From contig OX597824.1 in the NCBI GenBank assembly GCA_951406725.2, positions 67,890,001 through 67,954,000 of the forward strand: 64,000 nt of DNA, read 5' to 3'. The notes beneath the pieces were generated by a model that made no database searches, had not been told where the DNA came from, and worked only from the letters and a program-made list of their open reading frames with translations. Numbering within the stretch: the first letter of the stretch is position 1; each line of letters opens with the position of its first letter. The position numbers and the translations under genes are program-made. The stretch is from Octopus vulgaris (taxonomy: Eukaryota). Of this stretch, positions 15,611 to 28,809 are shown piece after piece.

Positions 15611-16286
15611 GTCCAACCCCCTCCACTATGGAAAAGGAACGATAAATAATGCTGATGAAATGATATTCAGAAATACTAAGAAACTGACAATTAGAATATA
15701 AAATCGAATATAAAGTATAAAATGAATATCATAAAACCAAATAAAAATATAATTAAATGGAAACATGTAATTTTAAAGACAAAATGGTACCTATGTGAGT
15801 AAAATTGGAGAAATAGGTAAAAACGTAAGAAAACAGAGTAGAAAAGTTTTAAAAGAAATATTAAAGAGGAGGAAAAGCAGAGGAAATGAATGAGTAGAAG
15901 GGCCAGAGCAGACAGGGAAAGAAAAATGATTGGTTAAAAATGATAAACAATAAGTAGAATTATAAACACACGCAGTTTCGGAAAAGTGGAATTATTTCTA
16001 AAAAATTGTGATTTAATAATAATGTTAATAAGTATTTTTAAATGATTGCTATTATGCATGTCAGCAAGACAATTTTTTGCATCAAATATAATGCTGAGGG
16101 TTATTTTAAGAGGTTATGTCGTATATAAAATCCGTTCTGTCTGTCTGTGTGTGTGTGTGGCTTCTAGGATCTAGGGCATCCTCCATCCGATTGCGCTCAA
16201 ATTTGATATGTAGATGGTATCAGGACGTGTATAAGTCTTGAAAAATCGCAAAAATCGATTCCAGGTGAGAATGCGATCGATAAAGC

Positions 16287-16537
16287 CGTGGGAAATCGTT
16301 TTTCTTTTGAATAGAAAAAAGTCTACCTTTATTTCTTTCTTTAAATAATTTTAATTAAGAATCAGTGTTAACAACATAGTTAATTTCCAAATATTATATT
16401 ATACCCTAATAATCGTGGGAAATCGTTTTTCTTTTGAATAGAAAAAAGTCTACCTTTATTTATTTCTTTAAATAATTTTAATTAAGAATCAGTGTTAACA
16501 ACATAGTTAATTTCCAAATATTATATTATACCCTAAT
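16287..16537. repeat. ~125-bp direct tandem duplication
   Basis: cgtgggaaatcgtttttc...ataccctaata occurs twice back to back. Confidence 0.9.
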
Positions 16538-16780
16538 AGAAGCAAACACTGTAATTATCCTTTCTACTAAAGGCACAAGGCCTGAAAATTGTGGGAAGGG
16601 GGCTGGTCGATTACTTCGACCCCAGTGTTTCACTGGTACTTAATTTATCGACACCGTAATGATGAAAGGCAAAGTTAACCAGGGCGGAATTACAACTCAC
16701 AACGTAACGACAGGCGAAATACGGCTAGCCATTTCCTTCAGCGTGCTAACGATTCTGCCAGCTCACCCGGTGGTCATTAT

Positions 16781-16851
16781 GCCTCGGTGGTTCAGAGGTA
16801 AAATACGTACCTGCCACGCGAGCAGTCTGGGTTCGATTTCCAACCGACGCG
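16781..16851 (+). pseudogene. tRNA-Gly(GCC) pseudogene
   Basis: Resembles metazoan tRNA-Gly GCC (TGGTTCAG.GGTA, CTGCCAC loop, GGTTCGAT), followed by a T-run; mismatches in acceptor, anticodon and T stems. Confidence 0.75.
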
Positions 16852-16956
16852 AGTAATGTTCTTTTTAAATCCCCTCTTTCAAACACTCATACGTCAGAAT
16901 CGACGTAAGTGACCGTCAAATGAGTTTATATTTGTATTTGTATGAATGTATGTGTA

Positions 16957-16997
<41 letters not shown>

Positions 16998-17002
<5 letters not shown>

Positions 17003-17195
17003 ACAAGATAAGGACAAAAGAAAAATTGAATTAACTCCGAAATTGGAACCAATACGGTAATAACGGATTTTTTAGAAGTTTCTATCGGTTTGTTTCGAGA
17101 CGCATAAATTATAATGGTTATTGACAATGTTTGGCTTTTTTTCGGCATATTTGGCATTAGAAATTTTTCTTTTGCCCTTATCTTGTAAATTATTT
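16998..17195. repeat. (TA)n-adjacent element with ~33-bp terminal inverted repeats
   Basis: ataatttacaagataaggacaaaagaaaaatt vs aatttttcttttgcccttatcttgtaaattat. Confidence 0.7.
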
Positions 17196-17279
17196 CTAAA
17201 TTTAACCTTTAAAGGTATTTTTTGATATGCTGCCCATTGATAAAAATTTTTTCCCGAAAAACATTTTATCGTACATTAG

Positions 17280-17378
<99 letters not shown>

Positions 17379-17475
17379 TGTATGTATGTATGTGTGCCAC
17401 ACCGCTTTTCTATACTTATACACATACACACAAACACACATAGATACATATGCTGCACGGTTTTTCTATTCTTAG

Positions 17476-17561
17476 GTTCGGTCACAAAGTAGCACTGCAA
17501 CTCCTGAAGACACTTTGTGCTGCGTCTCTTATTTCTGTATCCTTGCTAAATGTATTGACAG
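17476..17561 (+). CDS. SLC22-like copy A, exon 7 (RFGHKVALQLLKTLCAASLISVSLLNVLT)
   Basis: Second MFS RxGR-like motif; AG/GT boundaries and consistent phase. Confidence 0.8.
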
Positions 17562-18734
17562 GTAACACTGAAACATGTTTTCTACACATTCGTTCTTTTC
17601 ATTTCACCGACATTCTCTCAACTGATTCTTTCGTTGCTTTCTTTTTGTTTTGGTGGTGCTGGTGGTGGTGGTGGTGTGTTTTAATGGTGATTTAATTAAT
17701 ATTTGCATTAATATCCACTTGATCGTCGTGAAGATATCGAACACTCTGATTTCATGAATTGAAATAGATGGTGAATACATTACTGTTTTAGTTCTCCTTG
17801 TTGACTTCAGAGGGAGAAACTATGAGATTTCTATTCTGACGTAATAAATAAATGGTCCTTTCCACACAACACATTTAATTACAGTCACCAATGAATAATA
17901 AGGTCGAACTAAATGAGAAAATTAAGCTTAGGTTAGTGACTGTCAGTAATTATACGATATGTAACAATTATGCAACTTTGTCTCTGTATCTATCTCATTC
18001 TACTTTCACAATTTTTTAGGCATGATTCCTTTAAACACGGTGGTGGTTGAATATATTCTTAAGTCCATTTCGTCAATCGCAGCAGCTTTCAAGCTTCACC
18101 ACTACTTCAGTTCTCAACTGAATTGCAAACTGAATTGCAAATAGGCCACCTCTTCAGCTACACTTTGGGATAAATATTTTTAGATTTGTTTCCGTAGAAA
18201 AAATGTTACATCAAAATATGTTTGACCTGAACGTGGGCAGTATAGCAGGTGTTCATTTTTAATTAACATAATTTTTTAAATTTTAAAATAGAAGTATACT
18301 TTTCTTAGGCTTAAATGGCAGAAAAATGCATGAGGAATTCAGAATCGTCAGTCGCCTTCAACAAAAATTGGTATAAAAAGTTATGAGTTAAAATGTCCAG
18401 AAACGTAAAATAAATAGTGAGGAAGTAAGGGAGTAACGCCCCAAGCAATAATTCTAAGAATATATTTCTAAAATGAATGCGTACGACCTAAGGCAACGAG
18501 CAGGCAGAAACGTTGGGGCCCTGGGTGAAATTTTTGCGGTATTTCGTCTATTTTACGTTCTGAGTTCAAATTCTGCCGAGGTCGACTTTGACTTTAATCC
18601 ATTTTGGGTCTATTTAATTTGAGGTACAGATTATTTAATTAGATTTTTTTAACTAAACACTTAGAATATGTCACATAGAACAGGGTTTACTCTTAAGGTT
18701 TTTGATAAAATTTTGTATTTGAGATGTTATTTTT

Positions 18735-19935
18735 TCAGAAGTTATAGAGTGACAATGGCCAAATTCGTGTTTGATAAGTGCCAATACACGAAACTCTCAG
18801 CTTTTGATTTGCTCTCTAACTTCTGCCAATGATATATATATATATATACATGTATGTGTTTACAAATCTCATCACGCAATCAATGAAAGAGCCTCTACCT
18901 GGTCACTAAAAATAGCAGCCAAAGATCCCCCTACCTAAAATACACGCCCATTGTACGTAATGTCCTAGATTGTCCCTAAAAAGACGGTTTGCTGAAGGCT
19001 GGAATGCCTTTGATGATAAGTTTGCTGTATCAGGGTTGATGTGACGCTAAATAACAACATTATGATAAATTTCTATTTTAAACCCCTCCCGCCACCAAAT
19101 TGGAGGTTTTTGCGTGGAATCAAGTACCCTGACCTCCTAATATGCTGCAAATTTTGCTTCAGAAAAAGTGGGGGCGAGTGGGGACCCACTCATCTCAGAA
19201 TCATTGGAAAGTGTTTTTTCCGTTGAGTGATTTCCTGTGACCTAATATGCTACAAAACCCTTTTTCTGGTGAGGGGAAAGACATTTTTTCCTCAGTGAAA
19301 ATCGTGCGGGTGAAAAAAAGAACAGGTGAAATTTCCGAGGCTTCCACCTCACCCCACCACGTTTTTCGGACACAAAGAAGTGTTTTGTAGAAGTGTTTTG
19401 TATTAGGAGGTCATACGAATTCATTCAACGAAAAAAAATTTCCAATGATTCCGGGATAGGTGGGTCCCCCTCGCCTCCCCTTTTTCGAACCAGAATAAGG
19501 GATTTACAGCATGTTAGGAGATCAGGGTAATTGATTCCACATAAAAAAATCCAAGTTTTTTTTTTCTTAGTGAAAATCTCGCGGGTTTTAATACAGAAAT
19601 TTGCCATACTTTCGTTGTTATTTAGCCTCAAAATAACCCTGATAAAGAAAACCTATCACCAAAGACATTCCAGCCTTCAACAAACCGTCTTTTTAGGGAT
19701 AATCTAGGAAATTACGTACAGTGGGCGTGTGATTTAGGTAGGAGCATACTTTGGCTGCTATTTTTAGCGTCTCGAGCGACCATGTAGAGGCTCTTTCATT
19801 AGTTCAATTGAGTGATGAGATGTTTTTTATACATATATGTAATATGTATATATATCATTGGCAGGAGTTAGAGAGTTTCGTTTATTGGCACTTATCAAGC
19901 ACGAATTTGGTCATTGTCACTCTGTAAACTCTGCG
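18735..19935. mobile_element. ~1.2-kb foldback/MITE-like element with ~480-bp imperfect inverted arms
   Basis: 18745-19230 is reverse-complementary to 19425-19925. Confidence 0.75.
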
Positions 19936-20185
19936 GATATAAATATTAGCATTGGGACCCTTCCATCGAAAACCGGTGATTGTCATGCGCTGATTACGGG
20001 TCAATACCCAGAAACTGCAGTCCGTGCGTATCACTTAGGTTGACGTGGGAAGGGTGACCTCCCTTTGCAAATACCGATAGGGCACAGAAAGTGTGTCAAT
20101 AGCCAGCTGGAGAAGATGTTCTCCTGGGGCTACAAGCTACAGTAACATCCACCCTTAGTGGTTAGCCATATTTACATGGCAAATA

Positions 20186-20292
<107 letters not shown>

Positions 20293-20419
20293 CAAAATAG
20301 TCTAGAATTGTATACATAATTATAATGAAGGGTCGGCTAATGGCCTCGCGTACTGAATTAGAAATAGACGCTAATGTCTTTTCACCTACCATACAAAAAT
20401 CCGAGAAAAAACACTTTTT

Positions 20420-21090
20420 TATTGTATGGAAAGGGAAAATGATGAACCAAATCGACAACGGTTGATTGGGAAGCCTCCAGACCGAAACACGTCCACTCTC
20501 TGAAAATAATGCAAATCTGGATTCCTCTGAGAAAATCACTCTATCCCAAAATGGACTGGATTTTTCTGACATCTCCTTAGCCCACTTCTTTCTTTACATG
20601 ATATTAATTGGTTAAGGAGAGGTTTTCTTCTATCTTCTCGTCCAAAATACCAAAGATTATGCAGACATGTAACATACGTTGTTGGATTAACTTCTAGTTG
20701 TTTTGCAATGTCAGAAGCCTTCGAACGGGTTTAGTTTTCTACAATTCTCTTCAAACATCGAAGCTTCTTTTCCGAGGGCCCAATTCGGCCGGGACGAGAA
20801 TATGTTGATTTTTTTCCTTGGCTTTTGAATTGCACTATAATTCTATTAACAGTAGCAAGAGGAATCTGAAGACCAGCCTCAGATTGCCCAACAAAACCAC
20901 ATCTTTGAAAATCTGACAGTTCTGCTGAATTTTTTGCGCATAGCATGGTAACTCTTGGCAAATCTTTAATATAATGGCACCTGGAATGAAAAAGAATAAT
21001 TACATTGTAAATTCTACACCGCTGAAAAGATATTAAGACGCTAAGATCAGAAACTTTGAAAATTAAAGGTGTCTATTTACTTCCTGCATG
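20420..21090 (-). mobile_element. Tc1-like transposase remnant
   Basis: ELSDFQR HTH start; WDRVIFSEESRFALFSESGRVSVWR (first catalytic D region, mutated). Confidence 0.75.
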
Positions 21091-21740
21091 TCTGTGTATG
21101 TGTATATAATATACCGAGGAGACACAGCTTGTGCATCTTTCGCAGAAATTAATTTATGTCATCAATTGAATTTGAAAGTTTTAATAAGCAAGGTCCATCC
21201 TAGCGTCATCTGTTAAATTGATTTCTTTTTTTCGCCACTTGAAGAATAAAAAGTATAGAGCGAAGTGGAGACCAAATTTGTTTTCACTTTTGAACATTTC
21301 GTTTGATATTCTTGCGAAATTGGTTTATAGTCAAGTTATGATAGATTCTGTGGAAACTGTCTACCATTTCTCAATCGCTATTTTATAATCATTCATCATT
21401 GATTCACCGAACTTTCAATATTTTGACTTCAAACTTTCAATATTATAACTTCAGACTTCCAATATTTTATTAAGATAGTCACGTGGGACAAAACTGATGA
21501 CCCACAAATATTTTTTTTCATATTAGTACTTTTCATTCATAATTCCATGTTCGACGAAATAAACAGACAATTACTTAGTTTTTTTATACTAGCATAAACT
21601 TGCGCTCATATTAAAACATCATTATTTTTATATGTTTTATATCATTATATTGATGTTGTTCTATTTTCCCGTTTCGTTAAATGAACTGTTGGTGTAGATA
21701 CGAAATTTATTTTCACATCTAACGTATCTTTTTCTTTCAG

Positions 21741-21861
21741 AGAGCAGTAACACGACTGAAAATATCATCCTTATTTTGTACATCTTAGCAGTTGCTGAAG
21801 TGAGTGGTGCCTCCTGTGGTGATTACATTTACATTTCAGAACTCTATCCTACACACATACG
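21741..21861 (+). CDS. SLC22-like copy A, exon 8 (...YIYISELYPTHIR)
   Basis: ELYPTxxR signature; TTTCAG acceptor, GTACGT donor. Confidence 0.9.
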
Positions 21862-22110
21862 GTACGTAATCATCGGTATATATTTATATATATATATATA
21901 TTCTAAATGTGACCGCGTGTGTACCATTGGCGAATTTTTTTCTCCCTCTTTCCTTCTTTGGATCTTTCCTTTTCCTACGTTCCTGACGAAGAACTCCGCT
22001 CGAAACGTTAAGCCCTCCTTTTTTCCTTCCTTCCTGAGCGTCCAATAATACTATATTTGTTCCATGTCCTCGCGTTGTTGTGTTTTCTCTTTCTGTTTTC
22101 ATGTTTGAAT

Positions 22111-22150
<40 letters not shown>

Positions 22151-22151
<1 letters not shown>

Positions 22152-22662
22152 CAAAAGGGTAATAATATAGATTACTACCAGTGGCTCAGCACAAAAGACG
22201 AATTAGTCATTAGACAAAATATCATTCATATAGAAAAATATTATTCATGTAGAAATATAATTAAGGGCTCCTAAATAAGGATGCCAAGTGCTGGGAACAC
22301 AAAAAGGGGATAAACTTATCGAGAGTGAAAATCAAAAACATTTACCGATAACTTTACATCTCGGACTGATATCAGTTTCTACCTCTTTCTAGCAAAACAC
22401 AGAACATGTTTGCTAAGGCTGGTTTCATCAGCGAGACGCCTAAATTGAATCGAGATACGCAGCGCGTTAGACCATGTGTTGATCTCAACAACTTGCAGAT
22501 CTTAACTTTTCAAATCTCTGCGCAGACGCAAAATATACCCGGCGATATAGGGCATGCCGGGAAAAAATTTTACGAATAAATCTATCAAGTAATATGCGAA
22601 TATAAACAAAAGGGTAATAATATAGATTACTACCAGTGGCTCAGCACAAAAGACGAATTAGT
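22151..22662 (-). mobile_element. 455-bp hammerhead-containing unit with 57-bp terminal direct repeat (retrozyme/PLE-like)
   Basis: acaaaagggtaataatatag...gacgaattagt at 22151 and again at 22606; (TA)n on the left. Confidence 0.7.
22358..22437 (-). ncRNA. Type I hammerhead ribozyme
   Basis: Stem I GUCUCG/CGAGAU, CUGAUGA core, long stem II (ACC/GGU, UAGCAAA/UUUGCUA), GAAA, palindromic stem III CUGAUAUCAG, GUC cleavage site. Confidence 0.75.
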
Positions 22663-22691
22663 TGGTAATTGTAAATCTCTTGTTATTGTAG

Positions 22692-22764
22692 AAGTGTTGG
22701 AAATGGTATTGCTACGACTTTCATGCGAACTGTGTGTATGATATCACCTTTCCTCAAACTCTTG
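22692..22764 (+). CDS. SLC22-like copy A, exon 9 (SVGNGIATTFMRTVCMISPFLKLL)
   Basis: TM11-like; TAG acceptor, GTAAGG donor; phase matches flanking exons. Confidence 0.85.
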
Positions 22765-22967
22765 GTAAGGAAATACTGAGTTTTTTAATCTAAACTATTA
22801 GTGAGATTTTCAAATACATATTGACTGTCATGAATAGCATTTAATTGCACAGCAGATACAAATACACACACATATATGAAATATATCTATCTATAAAATT
22901 AACCAATTCTTTTACTATATCTTTGTATTTATTCTATCTCTCTCTCTCTCCCTGTATATGCATATAA

Positions 22968-24585
22968 TCTATATGTAAAATTCTTTGTCTGTCTGTTACC
23001 TGTGCATTCTCAAACGGTTGGATCAAATCAAATTTTACGAGGCAATAGTATGAGCGTCAGCATGTAATTTTTAGTTTCATTTCGATTTAAACAATATAGC
23101 ATTGACACTGGTTCGGTATTATGTGTCAAAAGTGAAAGAATAAGATCTATATTGTAATGTGATATAATATTGTTCCACTATCCTTTCTAACTTTTAATTC
23201 TAATGTGATAAGGCTATAATGTTGCTTCACTTTTATTCTTTCACTTTTAATTCTAATGATATCACTCAGATCACCTTATTTCTATTAGACAGAAGAGAGA
23301 TGAACCTTACTCAAGATCAACAAAGGCACACTGCAGCACAACATCAAATGGAGTTTCAAGAGAGAAGGAAGATGAGGCTTCCACAAGATCGACAACTGCA
23401 TGCTGCAGCACAACAAATGATGTCTCAAGAGAGAAGCGAAATTAGACTTTTCCAAGATCAGCAAAGGCATGCCACAGCACATCAAATGGAGCCTCAAAAC
23501 AGAATCGAGATGAGACTTTCTCAAGATCAGCAAAGCATGCTGCAGGATATCAAATGGAGTCTCTATTCGGAAGGAAGATGAGACTTTCCCAAGATCAGCA
23601 AAGGTATACTGCAGCATGTCATACGGCGTCTCAAGACAGAAGCGAAATGAGACATTCTCAAGATCAGCAAAGCCTTGCTGCAGCACGTCAGGTGGAGTCT
23701 CAGGAGAGAAGGGAGATGAAACTTTCTTAAGACCAGCAAACGCATGCTGCAGCGTTTGATCATTATAACAACATTTTAATGATTAGACAGAAGTCCAAAA
23801 GAATAGCTCTCAGAAACAGACTACTTACAAATTGGTTCTTGACAACATCTGGGGGTGCTTTCAGATACGATCCATCCCATTCTAATAAAAATGATAATTT
23901 TGTCCAAATAAGTGTGCTAAACTCAAATCGTCGTTACTGCAAAAATTGAAAATTTCTAAATGAAACTAATAACATGTACTGCTCAGGTGGTAAAGTCGGA
24001 TTGCCAGCACTACTAGCTCCTCTTTAGCCTCCTATGGATCTTCTGGAAGGCGTTTCCATCCTGTCAAAAGATTTTCATTACGATATCAAACAATATAACT
24101 CTGAATTTCAAATGACATCGTTTGGTGCATCTAAGGAGATAGTTGAACATGGATTTAGGCCGACGTTCAAAGTTCAAGGGCAAGTCTATCACCTCAATGG
24201 TTCCCTGTTACCTACAAATGAATATCCACAGTTCCTCTAAATGAGTGATGTAGGACAACAAATCCCAAGGAGGTCTCAAAACTTCAAACGATGGGTCATG
24301 TTAAATGCAGCACCGACTGCTGCTATGGAGAGTACATTCGCTGACAGATTTTCGGGGTGTTCAAAAATCACATAACCCCACCCTCAATTTTGCACGACAG
24401 ATTAGGGCCTGGAATACTCCAAACAGACGCAAGACATGTTGCTTTGTCGAATTAGCCCATCATTTACTCCACAAATGTTTTGTCGACAATGTTGCTCTTT
24501 CCCGTATCGCCAGTTTAAAGATAACTGTAATATATACACAAATTATACCATTTTAATCCCGAGTAACGCCGGGTATCTCTGCTAG
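22968..24585 (+). mobile_element. Internally deleted Helitron
   Basis: 5' TC, 3' hairpin cccgagtaacgccggg + CTAG; degenerate Helitron Rep-upstream peptide YNSEFQMTSFGA...PTFKVQGQVYHLNGSLLP; internal coding minisatellite. Confidence 0.8.
23285..23755 (+). repeat. ~69-bp coding-type minisatellite (RLSQDQQRHAAAHQMESQERREM-like, ~7 units)
   Basis: Recurring atgagactttc.caagatcagcaaaggcat units inside the Helitron. Confidence 0.85.
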
Positions 24586-24629
24586 TATAATATAAATTAA
24601 CAAATGCGTTTGTATGCGCGCGCGCGCGC

Positions 24630-24688
<59 letters not shown>

Positions 24689-25266
24689 TGTGTGTGTGTT
24701 TGAAGAAAACTTTTGTAACAAGTGAGCTATCTTTAAATAATCTTAGAAAAACAGAATGAAACAATTTTGGAAAGTAGATTTCCTATTCATTCTATAATAT
24801 TGTGCCTGAAACTATGCACAGTTAAGTTCATGACAGACTTGATTCCAATACAATACTCTTTTCCTTAATTTTAATGTGCATCATACTTTCTTGTCTATCA
24901 TCATTTCAATTCTTTTCAACAATCTTCCTTTCTAGATAAGTAATCTACATTCATTCTTTTATCTTTATAAAATGTTTTCTCTTACTAAAACTAGTATTTC
25001 TCTTACTAAAACTGTCTTCTCTCTCTAAAACGATATTTCTCCTACCCATTTGTGTTCCCTCTTTACGTATCTCTGTTTCTCTCTAAATCTTCGTATAGAG
25101 TCTATGCGCCTGTTAGAACAATCTGCTCGATAATTAAATGCAATAATTATAAACACGTTTTCCCATTAATTGAAATCATATATTTTCCTGATTGGTCAGA
25201 TTGCTATCTCTGTCGATAAATTTATTTGATATAATTTCACTAATATTATAAGTTTTCTATCTACAG

Positions 25267-25449
25267 GCTATGGCATTTCCGTGGGCTCCTGGTGTTATCA
25301 TAGGCGCCAGTTGTATAGTTACTTCAATTTTGATCCAAGTATTTTTACCAGAAACTGGAAACCGTGTTCTACCACAGAGAATTGAAGATCTGAAAATGGC
25401 GGAAAAGAAAAATAAGAGAAATGATATAAAAATGCAAGGTGTATCGTAA
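25267..25449 (+). CDS. SLC22-like copy A, terminal exon 10 (AMAFPWAPG...FLPETGNRVLPQRIEDL...GVS*)
   Basis: LPETxxxxLP C-terminal SLC22 motif, CAG acceptor, TAA stop. Confidence 0.9.
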   Translation, partial: AMAFPWAPGVIIGASCIVTSILIQVFLPETGNRVLPQRIEDLKMAEKKNKRNDIKMQGVS

Positions 25450-25808
25450 AAATATTTGAGAGGGTCTTAGACAGCAAGATTAAATTCATTAAAAATTCAA
25501 AACATGAAGTGTATGTTGGGATGATGTTTTACAATCCAATTCAACGCATTCCATTTCACTATAGTCTTTTGTGAAACCCCAAAATCAATCCCATGACCTG
25601 AAGTTGACACACCTAAATATACACACCAGAATACATAGTTCTATATGCATGAATACATTCTGAACAAAAAAATGTAATTAAACCCCAAATTTAATCAGTA
25701 GAATTGTTAATAACTCTTCAGCAGAACTTACCCTACAACCTAAGTATCATTCAACAGAGCTCCACACACCCCGAAGTCACTATCAATACTATTGATGTTG
25801 AAGATATC

Positions 25809-25863
<55 letters not shown>

Positions 25864-25943
25864 TGTTTGTGTGTGTGTATGTGTGTGTTTGAGTGTGTGT
25901 GTTTGTGTGTGTATGTGTGTTTGTGTGTATTTGTGTGTGTTTG

Positions 25944-25974
<31 letters not shown>

Positions 25975-26693
25975 CATCAGATTTTTGAGGATTATCACTT
26001 TGAAGAGCTCTTACACTTCTAACTTTTTTTCTAGTTTACCGTTCAGATAATAAAGTCATGCACCATGTTAGCTCAGCAAATTAAAATCATGGTGTAATCG
26101 TTGCCTTAAAAGGGAAGTATAGTGATGCAGAGATAGCTTGCTTCCTAAATGTGTACCCGATCCTATGTTGTCAAAATTAGAAAGAAGCTAGATGCTGTTG
26201 AGGAAATCCAACATCAGCAGAAATAACATTTAATGTTCCACATTTCAATCCTCTTGATTCTCAGAGTTTTAGAGGACATGTGAAGTATACGCTATATTTT
26301 ATCTCCTCACTATTTATGTTCAATTTTCTTCTCACGCTTTGCTTCATTTTCCGGCATATATTTTTAGCTCTTTTATTTTGGTTTTGTGTTAGTTAAACCC
26401 AGAGGAATGACCAGTTACTATGCCTAGTACTCTTATGCTTATCCGGGTCACATATTATTCTTCCTTTATGTTGATATCCTATTATCGGAGGATCACATTT
26501 GGAACACGTTATTCCTGTTTAATGGTTTCCTCTCAAGATAATCCTTTATGGATTCCTTGTACTAGATTCCGCAAACATTATACATACACACAGACACACA
26601 GACACACACATATTAAACTTTTTAATACTTTTTGATAGTTAAAAAAAAAAAAAAAAAAATAAATATATAAAAAAATACAAATAAAAATAAATA

Positions 26694-26763
<70 letters not shown>

Positions 26764-27384
26764 AAATATAAATTAATAATTTTAAATTTTTCACTTTAAA
26801 TTTAAATAATTTAAATTTTGAATTTTATATTTTATATATTTTGTATATTGTATTAATTAATTTTATCTTTATATTTTGGTTTATGTTTTTCACTGTTTGA
26901 TTTGCCTAATAATGGTTTTATCTCTAATTTAATAATTATTTATATACATATATATATATAAATTCTATCTTGTGAAACCTTATTAAATTTAAATGGTATT
27001 TTTTTATTCTTGAAAAACTTGTCTTTATTAATGGTGTTGAAACAGCTGTAATTTACAAGGTGACATTTCTTTCTATAAAACAATAAAATTGAATTGAATT
27101 TATCATTTAATCATTAATTAATTTGATTGTACAATTTATTATTTTGGTTTCCATTTCTAATTTATATTTATATAAATTCTAAATTAAATAAGTATTATTA
27201 CCTTTATTAATAATAATTTTGGTAATAATAAAGTGGTTAGCAAATTTACACTTTTACAGGTAAAATATGAACTAAATTCAAAATACAATAGAATTTTGAA
27301 TTTAGTTCATATTTGAATAAAAAATTCAAAATACAAAGCATACCCGCTGCTCTAAACAGAGCCATTGCTCCAAAACCACAAATT

Positions 27385-27543
27385 AGGAGCGACTGTGTGG
27401 TAAGTAGCTTGCTTACGGACCTCATGGTTCCGGGTTCAGTCCCACTGCATGACACCTTGGGCAAGTAACTTCTACTATAGCCTCGGGCCGACCAAAGCCT
27501 TGCGAGTGGATTCGGTAGAGGAAACTGAAAGAAGCCTGTCGTA

Positions 27544-27605
<62 letters not shown>

Positions 27606-27800
27606 CATATATGTATGTATGTATGTATGTATGCGTGTGTATATGTTTGTGTGTGTGTTTTTGTTGCCCCAAAAGGGATAGATAGATTAAGTACTAAGCT
27701 TACAAAGAATATGTCCTGGAGTCGATTTACTCGCCTACAGGCGGTGCTCCAGCATGGCCACAGTCAAATGCTTATAAACAAGTAAAAGAGTATAAGAGTA
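27385..27800 (+). mobile_element. SINE with internal TA/TG microsatellite; related copies at ~39430-39570, 45500-45645, 54648-54810, 55200-55500
   Basis: Shared ggttccgggttcagtcccactgc head and gccacagtcaaatga...aaacaagtaaaaga tail. Confidence 0.7.
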
Positions 27801-28809
27801 ATTAAAGTACACACGGCCAATGCAATAAACAGAACAGAAACAGGCGACTTACCTTGCGTGCAATACAGAAGTAAGTAATGCGCATATCTCAGGATCAATT
27901 GATTTCGCTTTCTTTATGAAAAATCGTACTTAACCTCATCAGGCAAACTTAACGGTACAACATCTATTTATTAAATATTCATTGCATTACATCGTATGCG
28001 TTCTTACATTTGAATGCCCCCGGGATATTTAAAACGAACTTATCGATCGTGAGCCAGTTTTATTTAAAATTACATAAGTATTATTACCGGTATTAATAAT
28101 AATTTTGATAATAATAAAGTGGCTAGCAAGTTTACGCCTTTGTTGCATGGGGCGTGTGTATTTTAATTGTGAATAATTTGTGATATTGGAGTGATGGCTC
28201 TGTTCATAGCAACTGGTATGCTACCTTTCACTTACTTAACATCTCTTGTTGGTCACATTGGAAAAGTTTTGACTGAGCAAACAGTAGTTAATTCAGAAAA
28301 GCATATGCGTCAAGTGATAGAAAAAGTGAAAGAACAAAATATTAACAAGAGCAATCAGAGAACGCAAACCTCCGCCAAGGCGACACCAACGTCCTCTCAA
28401 CAATTAAGCCAGAGATGAGTTTTAAAATGAAAATAACTCAAATAAACTCGACAACAAACGAGAATACTAACAATGAACCCGACCGCTCTCAAAAATTAAG
28501 CAAATTGATAAGAAAAATAATCCAGAATCTTTTTCCGATACCGGATCGATCCCATAATCTAATCAGTCGTGCCAGTCACGAAGCCAAACATCCCTGAAGG
28601 TTTTATCCGAATCCATCCAGCGGTTCTTGAGCAAAACCGGAAAATACATAAGATTAAATTTAATATGATTTTGCTTCCTATTTGTGGGATGGACTGAAAT
28701 TGTGGTATGTTATTTCGACTTTAGCACATCATTATGTTTTAATGACTTACTAATTCGAAAATTTCTTTCCAATTAACGAAGGAAATTGTTTAGGAAATAT
28801 TGCATTTTG

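Noticed and set aside
27005-27055. TTGAAAA...GAAACAGCTGTA hammerhead-like string
   Set aside because: Palindromic stem III is present but stems I and II do not pair convincingly.
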